This document shows positions 21,284 through 32,112 of a stretch of DNA of 64,000 nt, one piece after another; the first letter of the stretch is position 1; each line of letters opens with the position of its first letter. Source of the stretch: Alphaproteobacteria bacterium. Its GTDB lineage: Bacteria; Pseudomonadota; Alphaproteobacteria; GM7ARS4; G965262615. A program made the position numbers and the translations under genes. Under the pieces are notes generated by a model. That model made no database searches, was not told the origin of the DNA, and saw only the letters and a list, made by a program, of their open reading frames with translations. The stretch is taken from positions 1,408,001 through 1,472,000 of the forward strand of contig OZ253545.1 of the NCBI GenBank assembly GCA_965262615.1. Reading direction: 5' to 3'.

Positions 21284-21844
21284 ATGGAAATTAATTATAA
21301 TCTCATATTTGCGGCAATAAGTGCAGCGTCAACTGCAATTGCGGTTTGGATTGCTTGGCAAGCGATGAGTACTTGGAAGAAACAAAAGCGTAGCAAAATA
21401 GCCGAAGAAATCATTATGATGGCATATGAATTAAAAGCTATCATCAATACTGTGAGAAATCCTTTCTCATATTCTGGCGAGGGTTCGTCACGAAAGGTAG
21501 AGCAAGGTGAATCAAGTGACGATAAGGATTGGCTCAATTCTCTGTTTATCCCCATAGAAAGATTGAATAAGCATGGGGATAAATTGTCCGAAGCGCGTAT
21601 TACAAAATTAAAGGCACAGCTATATTTTCCGAATATAGGCGGTGAATTTGATAATCTGAGAAAGATAATTGTGGAAATTGAAGTCGCAGCCGTGACGCGT
21701 TACAGAATGCGCGAAAAAATGCCATCAGAAGAGTCTGAAAAGCAAGAGAATATAATCTGGAACATGAGAAGCAAGGATATTCTGAATGCAAGAATTGAAA
21801 AATGCATCAGCAACATTGAAAAAGAATTGAAGAAGTATTTATGA
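21284..21844 (+). CDS. Hypothetical protein with an N-terminal membrane segment
   Basis: 186-aa ORF starting 2 nt after mod; AT-rich. Confidence 0.7.
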   Translation: MEINYNLIFAAISAASTAIAVWIAWQAMSTWKKQKRSKIAEEIIMMAYELKAIINTVRNPFSYSGEGSSRKVEQGESSDDKDWLNSLFIPIERLNKHGDKLSEARITKLKAQLYFPNIGGEFDNLRKIIVEIEVAAVTRYRMREKMPSEESEKQENIIWNMRSKDILNARIEKCISNIEKELKKYL

Positions 21845-21871
21845 TATAAAAACAGTGTGAAGGAGTAGCAA

Positions 21872-22390
21872 ATGGGCAAGACAACGCGAGTCATCGTATT
21901 TATTGCGTCATATCTGACGACAATCGTTGTGCTTGCCTTCATTTCTGCTATTTTGGTAGAGAATGATTATTATGAAGGTTCAGGGCTGCTTAGGAAATTT
22001 ATGCATGAACATTCAATAAGTGTCATGGTGACGATTACCGCTATTTATCTTTCCTTGGCATTTATCATGTTGGGTAATTCACCAGCAAACCACGACAAAA
22101 AAATCGGAAAAGCTTCACTGAGTCAAAATTTTGAATGGGTTGTCACTGTTCAAGGAATAATCATGGTGCTTCTGCCTATCCTGCAATTAAAATTGTTGTC
22201 GGAAACTTCAGCGCAAGAAATGCCAGAATGTTCACAAAATACTGCAAATTTGCCATGTATCATGTCTTCAAATTTGGAATTAAAAACCTTTAATTTCCTT
22301 TTTAATATTACCTCGCTTTATTTTTTAGTTGCGGCGGGGCTCATAACCACACTAATATCAAAATATCAAAAAAAGGAAGGAAAAAAATGA
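21872..22390 (+). CDS. Hypothetical membrane protein (about 4 transmembrane segments)
   Basis: AAGGAG ribosome-binding site; stop overlaps the res start (ATGA). Confidence 0.7.
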   Translation: MGKTTRVIVFIASYLTTIVVLAFISAILVENDYYEGSGLLRKFMHEHSISVMVTITAIYLSLAFIMLGNSPANHDKKIGKASLSQNFEWVVTVQGIIMVLLPILQLKLLSETSAQEMPECSQNTANLPCIMSSNLELKTFNFLFNITSLYFLVAAGLITTLISKYQKKEGKK

Positions 22391-25080
22391 AACTCAAGTT
22401 TGACCCATCTCTGGACTATCAACAGGATGCCATCAATTCCGTGGTGGATGTGTTTGACGGGCAGCCCGTGGCTCAGTCCAATTTTGCCCTCAGTCACACC
22501 GCGGGCGACTTGGGCTTGGCACAAAACGAATTGGGCATTGGGAATAACCTTCTGCTGGATGATGAGCACATGCTCAAGAATGTCCAAGCCATCCAAGAGC
22601 GCAACGATATTGCAAAAGTCACAACCCTGCAAGGAGGGCGCAATTTCTCCATTGAGATGGAGACTGGCACTGGCAAAACTTATGTGTATTTGCGCACCAT
22701 TTTTGAATTGAGCAAAAACTACGGCTTTAAGAAATTCATCATTGTGGTGCCAAGCGTGGCGGTGCGTGAAGGTGTCCTCAAAAGCATAGAAATGACTCGT
22801 CACCACTTCAACGCCCTCTACAACAACACGCCCTTTGATGCCTTTGTCTATGATTCCTCGCGTCTCAATAATGTGCGTCAATTCGCCACCAGCAATCACA
22901 TCCAGATTATGATCATCAACATTCAAGCTTTTCAGCGTGATGTGGAAACACAAACGCGCGCCAATGTGATTAATCGTGAGAACGATAAGATGTCCGGCTA
23001 CAAGCCCATTGAATTTATCAAAGCCACCCGTCCGATGGTCATCATTGACGAGCCGCAAAGCGTGGATAACACAGACAAAGCCAAACACGCCATCGCCAAC
23101 CTCAACGCCACCACAATCTTGCGCTATTCGGCAACGCACCGCAATCCCTATAATCTGCTTTACAAACTTGACCCCATCAAAGCCTACGACCTCAGATTGG
23201 TCAAACGCATTGAAGTGGCTTCCATCCGCTCCGATGATAATTTCAACAATGCCTATGTGAAACTTCTCAAAACCGACAACAAAAAAGGCATCAGAGCACA
23301 GGTGGAAATCCACAAAAAAAGCAAGAGTGGTCTCATCAAACCCACCAAACTCTGGCTAAAAAATACCGATGACGATCTCTACATCAAATCGGCAAAGCAT
23401 GAAATCTATAGAGAGGGCTATGTGGTCAGTGAAATCAATTGTAAGCCGAACGAAGAGTATATTGAATTTAATTCAGGCAGAACGGTTAAGCTCGGTCAAG
23501 AAATAGGCGGGTTGGGTGATGAAATCATGAAAAAACAGGTCTATGAAACCGTCAAAGAGCATCTGGAAAAAGAACGAGGTGCACAAGACAAAGGAATCAA
23601 AGTGTTGTCTTTGTTCTTTATTGATAGGGTGGCGAATTATCGCATCCACAATGATGACGGCTCTACCAGTCTTGGCAAAATAGGAATATGGTTTGAAGAA
23701 GCTTTCAGCGATCTTCGCCAAAAAGCATCTTTCAAAGATTTAGAAATATGTCAATGGACAACCACTCAACTTCACGATGGTTATTTTTCAAAAGACAATA
23801 AAGGGCGCGCGAAAGATACCACAGGAAAAAGTAAAGACGATGGCGATACCTATAGTCTTATTATGAAAGATAAAGAGCGTCTGCTGAATCCAAATGAGCC
23901 ACTACGGTTTATTTTCTCCCATTCGGCTTTGCGCGAGGGGTGGGATAATCCGAATGTGTTTCAAATTTGTACCCTTAATGAGACTCAATCAATTGAGAAA
24001 AAACGGCAGGAAATTGGACGAGGTTTGCGTCTGCCAGTCAATGACAAAGGGGAGCGTGTTCATGACGACAATATAAATCGCCTCACCGTTATCGCCAACG
24101 AATTTTATGAAGATTTCGCTGCAAAGCTGCAAAATGAATTTGAAGAAGATTGTGGAATTCAATTTGGTGAGAATCGTGTGGAGAATGCTCGCGAGCGTCA
24201 AAAGATTCTTCTTAACAAGCAGGTGCAGCTCAGTGATGACTTCAAACAACTCTGGAATCAAATAAAGCACCGAACCCGCTATCGGGTTGAATTCGCAACA
24301 GGTCGTCTTATCCAAGAAGCGGCTAAGGGCATTAAAGGCATTTTGGTGAGCACGCCATCTTTGGTTCATCAAGAAGGGTCAATAGATATTACGAAGTCTG
24401 GCGTTGAATTCGAATGGATAAGAGAAACGAGGCAAAGAATATCGCCACCTGATATTTTTCCAGACATTCTTGCTCATTTGCAAAATGAGACAGAACTCAC
24501 CCGTGATACGCTTGTGAGAATTCTGAAGAAAGCTAATTGCTTGGATAAGTTCCTTCGCAATCCTCATGTCTTCATGATAGCTGCCAGCAAAGAGATTAAG
24601 CGCGTTATGAGTAAATTGATGATAGAAGGCATTCAATATGAGAAGATAGCTCATCGCTATTGGGACATGAAACTTTTTGAAACAAATGGCAAAAACGAAC
24701 TTATGCGTTATCTGAAAAATCTTTATAGGGTTCGTAATGTGCAAAAAAGCATTTATGATTGGGTGGAATTCAATTCTGATATTGAAAAGCGATTTGCCCA
24801 AGCACTCGATAATGATCAAGATGTGAAGTTATTTATCAAGCTTCCCTCTTGGTTTAGGATAGATACACCTATTGGTTCATATAATCCTGATTGGGCATTC
24901 ATTAGGAAGGATAACGATGAAAAGCTCTATTTTGTTTGTGAAACCAAGGGAGGGCTTGACTCGGATGAGCGCAGCGAAAAAGAAAACCAAAAGATTGAAT
25001 GCGGAAAGAGTCACTGCGACACTATCGGTGTTAAGTACGAAGTGGCAAAATCATTGCGTGACATAGTCACTAGGATTTAA
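22387..25080 (+). CDS. res: Type III RM restriction subunit Res
   Basis: EMETGTGKT, IIDEPQ, SATH, LREGWDNPN, YNPDW...ETK nuclease motif. Confidence 0.94.
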   Translation: MKLKFDPSLDYQQDAINSVVDVFDGQPVAQSNFALSHTAGDLGLAQNELGIGNNLLLDDEHMLKNVQAIQERNDIAKVTTLQGGRNFSIEMETGTGKTYVYLRTIFELSKNYGFKKFIIVVPSVAVREGVLKSIEMTRHHFNALYNNTPFDAFVYDSSRLNNVRQFATSNHIQIMIINIQAFQRDVETQTRANVINRENDKMSGYKPIEFIKATRPMVIIDEPQSVDNTDKAKHAIANLNATTILRYSATHRNPYNLLYKLDPIKAYDLRLVKRIEVASIRSDDNFNNAYVKLLKTDNKKGIRAQVEIHKKSKSGLIKPTKLWLKNTDDDLYIKSAKHEIYREGYVVSEINCKPNEEYIEFNSGRTVKLGQEIGGLGDEIMKKQVYETVKEHLEKERGAQDKGIKVLSLFFIDRVANYRIHNDDGSTSLGKIGIWFEEAFSDLRQKASFKDLEICQWTTTQLHDGYFSKDNKGRAKDTTGKSKDDGDTYSLIMKDKERLLNPNEPLRFIFSHSALREGWDNPNVFQICTLNETQSIEKKRQEIGRGLRLPVNDKGERVHDDNINRLTVIANEFYEDFAAKLQNEFEEDCGIQFGENRVENARERQKILLNKQVQLSDDFKQLWNQIKHRTRYRVEFATGRLIQEAAKGIKGILVSTPSLVHQEGSIDITKSGVEFEWIRETRQRISPPDIFPDILAHLQNETELTRDTLVRILKKANCLDKFLRNPHVFMIAASKEIKRVMSKLMIEGIQYEKIAHRYWDMKLFETNGKNELMRYLKNLYRVRNVQKSIYDWVEFNSDIEKRFAQALDNDQDVKLFIKLPSWFRIDTPIGSYNPDWAFIRKDNDEKLYFVCETKGGLDSDERSEKENQKIECGKSHCDTIGVKYEVAKSLRDIVTRI

Positions 25081-25094
25081 ATATTAAATTGTAA

Positions 25095-25301
25095 TCAGTT
25101 CTCTTCTTCAAAATTCTGCTTCTTGCCATTCGTATGTATACGGCTATCAATCCACTGTTGGATGACAGATGTGTGCCAGCCGATGGCGCGTCCGCCTCGT
25201 TGGAGGGGTTTGGGAAAATTCCCCGCGTCCATCCATTTGTATAAGGGTAGCATTAGAGATGCCGATGCTTTTCAGCACGGGAATTTTGTTTGTTCCTGCA
25301 T
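25095..25301 (-). pseudogene. alpA: AlpA-family regulator remnant (frameshifted)
   Basis: Pieced translation VLKSIGISNATL/YKWMDAGNFPKPLQRGGRAIGWHTSVIQQWI. Confidence 0.75.
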
Positions 25302-25383
25302 ACCCTGAATGATGTCCGAAAGCCGTGGGCGTGGAAGTCATAGCAGTGATTGCGTGGTCACTTCATGAGGGTGGCATCTGAGA

Positions 25384-25426
<43 letters not shown>

Positions 25427-25441
25427 TGAGGGGATTTATGA

Positions 25442-25531
<90 letters not shown>

Positions 25532-25632
25532 AAAATGCCTTGCAAAGCGTTGCGACACCTTGCTTTTAGAAGATTGCAAGCTTTTCCGTCCCACGATACG
25601 ATATAAGTGATACCTAAAAAGATGTTTAAGGT

Positions 25633-27954
25633 TTATACAGAATCTTGTAAGTATAGATGTTTTTGAAAGGCGATGAATGTTTTTCTAATTGTTTCAACAT
25701 TACCTAATTTTTCCTTGGCAGAGGAAAGACTGCTATATTTCAACTCAAGAACTTTACTTAATTTGCTGTCATCCAATTCATCAACGCCATCTCTGACATA
25801 ATTGGTTAGTACAAAATCGACAAATTTGCGCTGCTCCCGTTCCAATGGAGCATAAATATTATCTTTAGCAGCTCGTACGCGTTCGGTGCGGCTCACCGGT
25901 GGAGATGCATAAAGGATATATTCAAGCACATCCAACAAATCGCTATTTTCTGCCTGAAATATTTTTTGTAACCCTTCAAGATTACTCCTATCAAATCCCT
26001 TGTCTTCAAGTCTTTTAAGTAACTCCACCCGTTCTGTGGGATTTGCCCACAGAGATTGCAATTCTTGGTGAGTTTTGAATGTATCCGGCAATTGCAATTG
26101 TTTCAAAAGACTTTTTCTATAGTCTTCCTTTTTGATTAGCTTGCCGTCAATCATCAGCTCTTCTGATGAACGGATTACGACTTCTTGCTCTTTACCGTCT
26201 GCCAGTTTTATTTTTATTTTTTCACTTTGAGGCTGAGTCGGTTTTTTGTTTTCTGACGGCGATTTGCGAGATTTTTTCACTTCTTCGCTTGCCGCATTAT
26301 ATTCGATGTCTTCTTCATGTTGTGTTTTGCCGTCCCAGTTTTCGTCGTGGAATTTATGAGATGCGCCGACAAAATCAATAATGGTAAAATAATCCTTGCC
26401 TTCAAAGAGGCGCGTGCCTCGTCCTATGATTTGCTTAAATTCAATCATGTCATTAATAGGGCGCATGAGGACAATATTGCGAATGTTGCGAGCATCAACG
26501 CCAGTGGAAAGTTTGCGGCTGGTGGTGACGATCGTAGGAATGATTTTTTCGTTATCTTGAAAGCTTCTGAGATGATTATCACCAATTGTGCCGTCTGCTG
26601 ATGTCACTCGCACACAGTAATCGGTGGATTTTTTTTGCGCTTCTTGATTTGTTAAATCTCGTATCAGGGCGGCGTGCTCTTGGGTGTGACAAAAGACGAT
26701 TGTCTTTTCATCTCTATTGATATTGGCGAGCATCAAACGCGTCCGTATCCGTTCACGGGATTCTATTTGAATTTTTGTGTTAAATTCATTTTCTGTGTAG
26801 GTATGATTTTCATCCACTTCACCCTGTAACACTGTGTCATCATCTTCGTAGGTGTATTGGTCTAGTGAGGTTTGGATGCGCTTGACTCTAAAAGGTGTCA
26901 AATAACCATCTTGAATTCCCTCTTTGAGGCTGTAGCTGTAGACGGGGTTGCCGAAATATTTGTAGGTGTTCGCATTATCTTTGCGTTTGGGAGTGGCGGT
27001 GAGTCCCAGCTGCACGGCGGATGCAAAATATTCTAAAATTCCTCGCCATTTGCTTTCATTGTTTGCGCCGCCTCTATGGCACTCATCAATGACGATAAAA
27101 TCAAAAAAGTCGGGTTCGTAATCGCCGAAGTATGGTTTTTCGCCACTCATGAAGGTTTGAAAGATGGTAAAAAAGATGCCAGCGTTTTTGGGGACAGAGC
27201 CTCTTTGGCGTATGGCATTGGGGGTGACTCTTTGCAGGGCATCGGGGGGAAACATGCTGAAGGCGAGATAAGCCTGTCCTGCGAGAAAATTGCGATCGGT
27301 GAGAAAGAGGATGCGAGGCTGTCCGCTTTGTCCGTTTTTAGTCCATCGGCTTTTGAATAGTTTCCACGCGATTTGTGCGGCGATGAAGGTTTTTCCTGTG
27401 CCGGTGGCAAGGGTGAGCAGAATGCGCGATTTTCCCGCGGCGATGGCATCCATCACATTTTGAATGGCGAGTTCTTGATAGTAACGAGATTCTTTGCCAA
27501 TGTTCCGTTGGAGAGGGATGACATCAAATTGATCTTGCCATTGTTTTTGTTTGGGGTTTTGTTTTTTGCCATGAAATTGTTGCCAGAGCGTGTCGGGGGA
27601 TGGGAAGGCATCGCAGAGCCCTTCTTTGCCTGTGGTGCGGCAGATTTGATAGATTTCCTTGCCATTGGCGGCGAATGCCATGGGGGCTTTGAGTTTTTCT
27701 GCATAGTTTTTGGCCTGACCAACCCCTTCGCCCACTTCGGTTTCATCAGACTTGGCTTCAATGGCGGCGAGGATGCGGCTTTTGTGGATGAGAACATAAT
27801 CGGCTGATAATTTGCCTTTTCTCATGCCCCCCGCTTTGATCTCACCCGCGCTGATTTTATACTCACGCCTGACGCGACTGCCCGCCACCACGCCCCAGCC
27901 AGCCTCTTTCAGCTGAGGATCAATCAGATTAGCGCGTGTATCAGCTTCATTCAT
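25633..27954 (-). CDS. hsdR: Type I RM restriction subunit HsdR
   Basis: IEAK nuclease motif, LATGTGKT, DECHR, LTATP, QIIGRGTR. Confidence 0.94.
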   Translation of the reverse strand: MNEADTRANLIDPQLKEAGWGVVAGSRVRREYKISAGEIKAGGMRKGKLSADYVLIHKSRILAAIEAKSDETEVGEGVGQAKNYAEKLKAPMAFAANGKEIYQICRTTGKEGLCDAFPSPDTLWQQFHGKKQNPKQKQWQDQFDVIPLQRNIGKESRYYQELAIQNVMDAIAAGKSRILLTLATGTGKTFIAAQIAWKLFKSRWTKNGQSGQPRILFLTDRNFLAGQAYLAFSMFPPDALQRVTPNAIRQRGSVPKNAGIFFTIFQTFMSGEKPYFGDYEPDFFDFIVIDECHRGGANNESKWRGILEYFASAVQLGLTATPKRKDNANTYKYFGNPVYSYSLKEGIQDGYLTPFRVKRIQTSLDQYTYEDDDTVLQGEVDENHTYTENEFNTKIQIESRERIRTRLMLANINRDEKTIVFCHTQEHAALIRDLTNQEAQKKSTDYCVRVTSADGTIGDNHLRSFQDNEKIIPTIVTTSRKLSTGVDARNIRNIVLMRPINDMIEFKQIIGRGTRLFEGKDYFTIIDFVGASHKFHDENWDGKTQHEEDIEYNAASEEVKKSRKSPSENKKPTQPQSEKIKIKLADGKEQEVVIRSSEELMIDGKLIKKEDYRKSLLKQLQLPDTFKTHQELQSLWANPTERVELLKRLEDKGFDRSNLEGLQKIFQAENSDLLDVLEYILYASPPVSRTERVRAAKDNIYAPLEREQRKFVDFVLTNYVRDGVDELDDSKLSKVLELKYSSLSSAKEKLGNVETIRKTFIAFQKHLYLQDSV

Positions 27955-28006
27955 AATTTTTTTATACCTTTAATCATTAGTCATTGCCACCTTCATTGGT
28001 GTTTTT

Positions 28007-29011
28007 TTACTCATCAGAATTTGCTTGCTTTGATTTTCTGTGTTCAATTTGTTTTTTCCCATCTTTTTTCTGCGTTGCCAAAAATTTTTGCAAACGCTTA
28101 TAATTCAATTGAAAGACACCTTTCTCATCTTGTTCAATAAATTCGGGCGGGTTCAGGGATGGATGAAATTCCGTTCCCTTCTCCATCAGGGCAATCAATT
28201 TCTTAAGCCCCGCCAATAAGCTGGTTTTCATTTCTTGCGGGTTGTTTGGAGTCTTATTTTTCACTTGTTCAATGAGCTCATCAATTTTTTCCCCGATTGT
28301 TATTTTAACCGAGTCGTCAACATGCTCTTCAAAGGTGGGAAATTTCTTTTCACCTTTTGAACTTTCAGCTCTTCTCTTCATCGCCTCATAAGAGAGCCTT
28401 GCTACTTCCGATTCAAACCAAGTTTTCCGCATAGCTATAATTTCATGGGCAATTTTGGCGACACTCATGAAACCATAAAGTGCTATATGCACCGAAATTG
28501 CGATGACATACCATTCTGTCCCTCTATCAAAACCAACAAAGCGAACATCCCCTCGAATCCCTTTTTTCACAACAATAAAATCCAAAATTTCTTGAAGCTC
28601 TGCATTGAATCGGCTCAGGCTCTCAATGTCTTGCGTGTATTCCTGCGGGATTTTTATATTGACAAATTCTTGCTTCTGTTTTTGCGTGACCGATTCAAGC
28701 ATATCATAAAAGATAGGCATATGTTGGTTTATGAAGATAACCACATTATGCAAGGATGCCTGTTCCTTTGAAGAAATCTCAATGTCACGGATATGCCGTT
28801 GTTTGTTGTACCTATTTATTACATTCTGTATGCGCATATCTGTATTATTAACCCAAGGCTGCTTAACGAGCTGCTCAATAGCTGCGATAAAATCACCACA
28901 TTCTGCCAATAAAAAGCGATTGCCGCCGTGAAGTGCTTCAGGGGAATAGGTCAGCACCTTATTTTCATTAACAGCTCGGTCAATGATGCTTTTAAGTTCA
29001 TTGGCTCTCAT
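28007..29011 (-). CDS. Hypothetical protein inside the type I RM locus
   Basis: 334-aa ORF co-oriented between hsdS and hsdR. Confidence 0.7.
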   Translation of the reverse strand: MRANELKSIIDRAVNENKVLTYSPEALHGGNRFLLAECGDFIAAIEQLVKQPWVNNTDMRIQNVINRYNKQRHIRDIEISSKEQASLHNVVIFINQHMPIFYDMLESVTQKQKQEFVNIKIPQEYTQDIESLSRFNAELQEILDFIVVKKGIRGDVRFVGFDRGTEWYVIAISVHIALYGFMSVAKIAHEIIAMRKTWFESEVARLSYEAMKRRAESSKGEKKFPTFEEHVDDSVKITIGEKIDELIEQVKNKTPNNPQEMKTSLLAGLKKLIALMEKGTEFHPSLNPPEFIEQDEKGVFQLNYKRLQKFLATQKKDGKKQIEHRKSKQANSDE

Positions 29012-29108
29012 CAGGCTTTTTACTCGTTGTTCGGATTGACCTCATTGGGTGGCGGGAGCGACAAAGATACAACATGAGGCAGTTGCAAACAAGCCTTTAC
29101 ATTGTGTG

Positions 29109-29723
29109 TCATTGAGCCAAAAGATTGCCTTTGAAGGCTTCATTTAAGATGGAATTTTTGAGGTTGGCAAGTTCCGTTTGTTTTTGTGTGGTGGTGGCGA
29201 GAGCGTGATTGATTTCGTCAAAGATGGCATCCAGCTTGGCGACAATCCGCTCCTGCTCCTCCAGCGGCGGCAGGGGAAGAGTTATAGCTTCTATCTGCTC
29301 TTTGTTAATTGAGTTATAAATTGCACCAGAGCTACCTTTCAAACTATCAGTAAGAGAAAGAAGAATTAGGTAAAGGCAATCTTTGCTTACTCCATCTTTG
29401 GCGCGTATCGCAGCTAGCCCTCTACCAATGCAAATCTCTTCTGTTGCTATATTCAATGCTCCAACGGGGGCGCGAACAGACATTAATATATCGTCCTTAA
29501 TTGCCTTTCTTGTTATTTTAGTTGTCCAAACCGTAGGCGAATTAAGATATTTTTTGCCATAATCTTTTTTCCCCTGATAGAACGGTAATCCGTTACCATT
29601 TTTGTTGTAGTTTTCACCTTTTGGGGCTTGTCCAGCGATAACAATAGCAACATCCCCCAATTTCACCATCTGCCATCCTTTGGGCAGAGGATTGCCATCC
29701 ATGCTCTGTTTGCCATCAGCCAT
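29109..29723 (-). CDS. hsdS: Half-size (single target-recognition domain) HsdS
   Basis: LPKGWQMVKLGD...PLPPLEEQERIVAKLD...LKNSILNEAFKG; 204 aa. Confidence 0.88.
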   Translation of the reverse strand: MADGKQSMDGNPLPKGWQMVKLGDVAIVIAGQAPKGENYNKNGNGLPFYQGKKDYGKKYLNSPTVWTTKITRKAIKDDILMSVRAPVGALNIATEEICIGRGLAAIRAKDGVSKDCLYLILLSLTDSLKGSSGAIYNSINKEQIEAITLPLPPLEEQERIVAKLDAIFDEINHALATTTQKQTELANLKNSILNEAFKGNLLAQ

Positions 29724-30135
29724 TCTTTGTCTGATTCCATGTAAAATTTTGCGCTATGGCAGCAAAAGCGGGATAAAATCGCTTGGTGATGTCTTCAGCC
29801 ACTTTTTGTGCGATTCCCTCATCGTAAATATGGTGTGCCTTGCGGCGACCCTCCACGACACCCAGCCAAAGAGCCTTATCCATAATCAAGCCATGAGCAC
29901 AAGCCTCTCTGACCACATCCTCACCCTGAGCAAGCCCCTTAATGCCGAGCTCTCGCAAACAATCCCTGAAAACATTGATGACCAATTCTTCAGACATTTC
30001 AAAATATTTCACCATCACCGTGCGTTCATTCTCAGATAAAGGACGCTTCTCGGCAAGCTCCGCCATCCTCTTTAGATGACGGAGAGATTTCACATAATTA
30101 CTGAATCTTTGTTTCCAGCGCGCATCATTCATCAT
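29716..30135 (-). CDS. HI0074-like nucleotidyltransferase substrate-binding / HEPN protein
   Basis: RWKQRFSNY, FEMSEEL, W...RRKAHHIYDE. Confidence 0.78.
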   Translation of the reverse strand: MMNDARWKQRFSNYVKSLRHLKRMAELAEKRPLSENERTVMVKYFEMSEELVINVFRDCLRELGIKGLAQGEDVVREACAHGLIMDKALWLGVVEGRRKAHHIYDEGIAQKVAEDITKRFYPAFAAIAQNFTWNQTKNG

Positions 30136-30228
30136 GCTCTCCTCCCAACAGTTCTTTGATGCGTTCCATTGATTGACGCACCTCATGGCGACCCTCTACG
30201 ACACCCAGCCAAAGACGCTTATCTGCAA

Positions 30229-30480
30229 TCAAGAGAAGAAGGTCTGCCCTAACATCATAAGCAAGATGGAAGAACCAAGCCCTAGAAGCCAGTTAAAAAT
30301 CTCAGCTGTCTTTTTATTGATATCTTCTTTCAGTTCGCCTTTGATTTCGGACATACGAAGTTCCACACGGCTTTCGATTCCAGCCACATCTTCCTTAGTC
30401 GCGGCATTTTCTATATGCCTCTCCAAACGCTCGTCCAGACGCGCTACAGTGTGACTGACATCTTCCCAAGGCTGTCCCAT
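30229..30480 (-). CDS. Small coiled-coil protein with a C-terminal membrane segment
   Basis: ATKEDV...ELRMSEIKGEL then WLLGLGSSILLMML; start inferred. Confidence 0.55.
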   Translation of the reverse strand: MGQPWEDVSHTVARLDERLERHIENAATKEDVAGIESRVELRMSEIKGELKEDINKKTAEIFNWLLGLGSSILLMMLGQTFFS

Positions 30481-30586
30481 GCCACTATTTGTATGCGGAG
30501 TGATGATTTTTGTCAAGCACTTATTTGTAGGATAAAATCGCTCGGCTATCTTCTCAAAAGCTTCTGCGAATTCTTGTCGGCATCCG

Positions 30587-32059
30587 TCATGATTCAACTC
30601 CCAAAAGCGTTTTTATTTTCTCTATAGAGAGCTGTGCATCTTTATCCAATTTTTCAACCTCTGCCAATATCTCCCCTGGTGTGCGGGTATCTTTCTTCTC
30701 TTTCCGATGGGGATTGCGCGCCGTCAAATCCCATGTGGTTTTTTCAACATCCTTGAAATGAATTGTCCAGCTGTTGTCGCTATTGGCTCTGGTTTTAGCA
30801 CAGATGAGAAAATCCTGCATGTCCGCTTCAGTCAGAGGCGTTGTCTTGCCAAACTTGCGATTGGGATTCATCTGATAATACCAAACACGCTCCGTCGGCT
30901 TGCCTTTCGTGAAAAACAAAACCACCGTTTTGACTCCCGTGCCGGTAAACGGCGTCTGAGGAAAATCCAAAACCGTATGAAGGTCGCAACTCCGCAAAAG
31001 CTCCTTGCGCAACGCAATGCTGGCGTTATCGGTATTGCTGAGAAAGGTGTTCTTAATCACAACGCCGCCACGTCCGCCCGCCTTCAGCATCTTGATAAAA
31101 TGCTGCAAAAACAAATACGCCGTCTCTCCCGTATCAATAGGAAAATTGTTCCTGATCTCCGAGCGTTCATTGCCGCCAAAAGGCGGATTCGCTAGAACAA
31201 TATCAACGCGATCTTTTTCTTCAATCTCGTTAATGTCCTGTGTCAGGGTGTTTTTGTGAATGATGTTGGGAGTCTTAATCCCATGCAAAATCATGTTCAT
31301 GATGCCAATCACATAGGCTAAAGACTTCTTTTCCGCACCACGAAAGGTATTTTTTTGTAACACATCTTCATCCTTTGTCGTCAGCTGGTCTTGGCTCTTG
31401 CGTAGATAGTCGTAAGCTTCACACAAAAAACCCGCACTGCCGCAAGCACCATCATAAATCGTGTCGCCAATCTGCGGAGCAATGACCTTTATGATCGCCT
31501 TGATCAGTGGGCGTGGCGTATAATACTCGCCGCCATTGCGTCCCGCATTGCCCATGCTCTTAATTTTATCCTCATACAGTGCGCTTAACTCATGACGCTC
31601 TTCAGCAATTCGAAAAAACGGCATCTCGTCAATTCTATCAATAACCTCACGCAAACTATAGCCACTTTGCAACTTGTTAGTGAGCTCATTAAAAATCTCA
31701 CCAATTTTATACTCAATGGTGTCGGCACTTTCTGCCTCCGTTTTGAATTTCCGCAAATAAGGGAAAAGCTCACCTTCCACAAAATATTTCAAATCATCGG
31801 CCGTCTTGGCAATATTGTAATCTAGCGTGCCATCGTCTTTTTTCGGAGCCGCCCAAACATCCCACGAAAAATCAGCCTTGAGAATAGGATTATAGTGCTT
31901 GCCATCAAGCTGCGAAGCTTCCAGCATCTCCTGCTCATAATCAGAAAGATACTTCAAAAATAAAATCCAAGAGGTTTGTTCAATATAATCAAGCTCACTG
32001 CTGCAACCTGCGTCCTTGCGCAGGGCATCATCAATGGCTTTGAATTGGCTCTCAAACAT
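30587..32059 (-). CDS. hsdM: Type I RM methyltransferase HsdM
   Basis: GEYYTPR, DGACGSAGFL, NPPF. Confidence 0.95.
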   Translation of the reverse strand: MFESQFKAIDDALRKDAGCSSELDYIEQTSWILFLKYLSDYEQEMLEASQLDGKHYNPILKADFSWDVWAAPKKDDGTLDYNIAKTADDLKYFVEGELFPYLRKFKTEAESADTIEYKIGEIFNELTNKLQSGYSLREVIDRIDEMPFFRIAEERHELSALYEDKIKSMGNAGRNGGEYYTPRPLIKAIIKVIAPQIGDTIYDGACGSAGFLCEAYDYLRKSQDQLTTKDEDVLQKNTFRGAEKKSLAYVIGIMNMILHGIKTPNIIHKNTLTQDINEIEEKDRVDIVLANPPFGGNERSEIRNNFPIDTGETAYLFLQHFIKMLKAGGRGGVVIKNTFLSNTDNASIALRKELLRSCDLHTVLDFPQTPFTGTGVKTVVLFFTKGKPTERVWYYQMNPNRKFGKTTPLTEADMQDFLICAKTRANSDNSWTIHFKDVEKTTWDLTARNPHRKEKKDTRTPGEILAEVEKLDKDAQLSIEKIKTLLGVES

Positions 32060-32112
32060 ATGCTCTTTATTAGCCTATGGGAACCTTTTCCTCAATCGGA
32101 TGATACTTCTTT

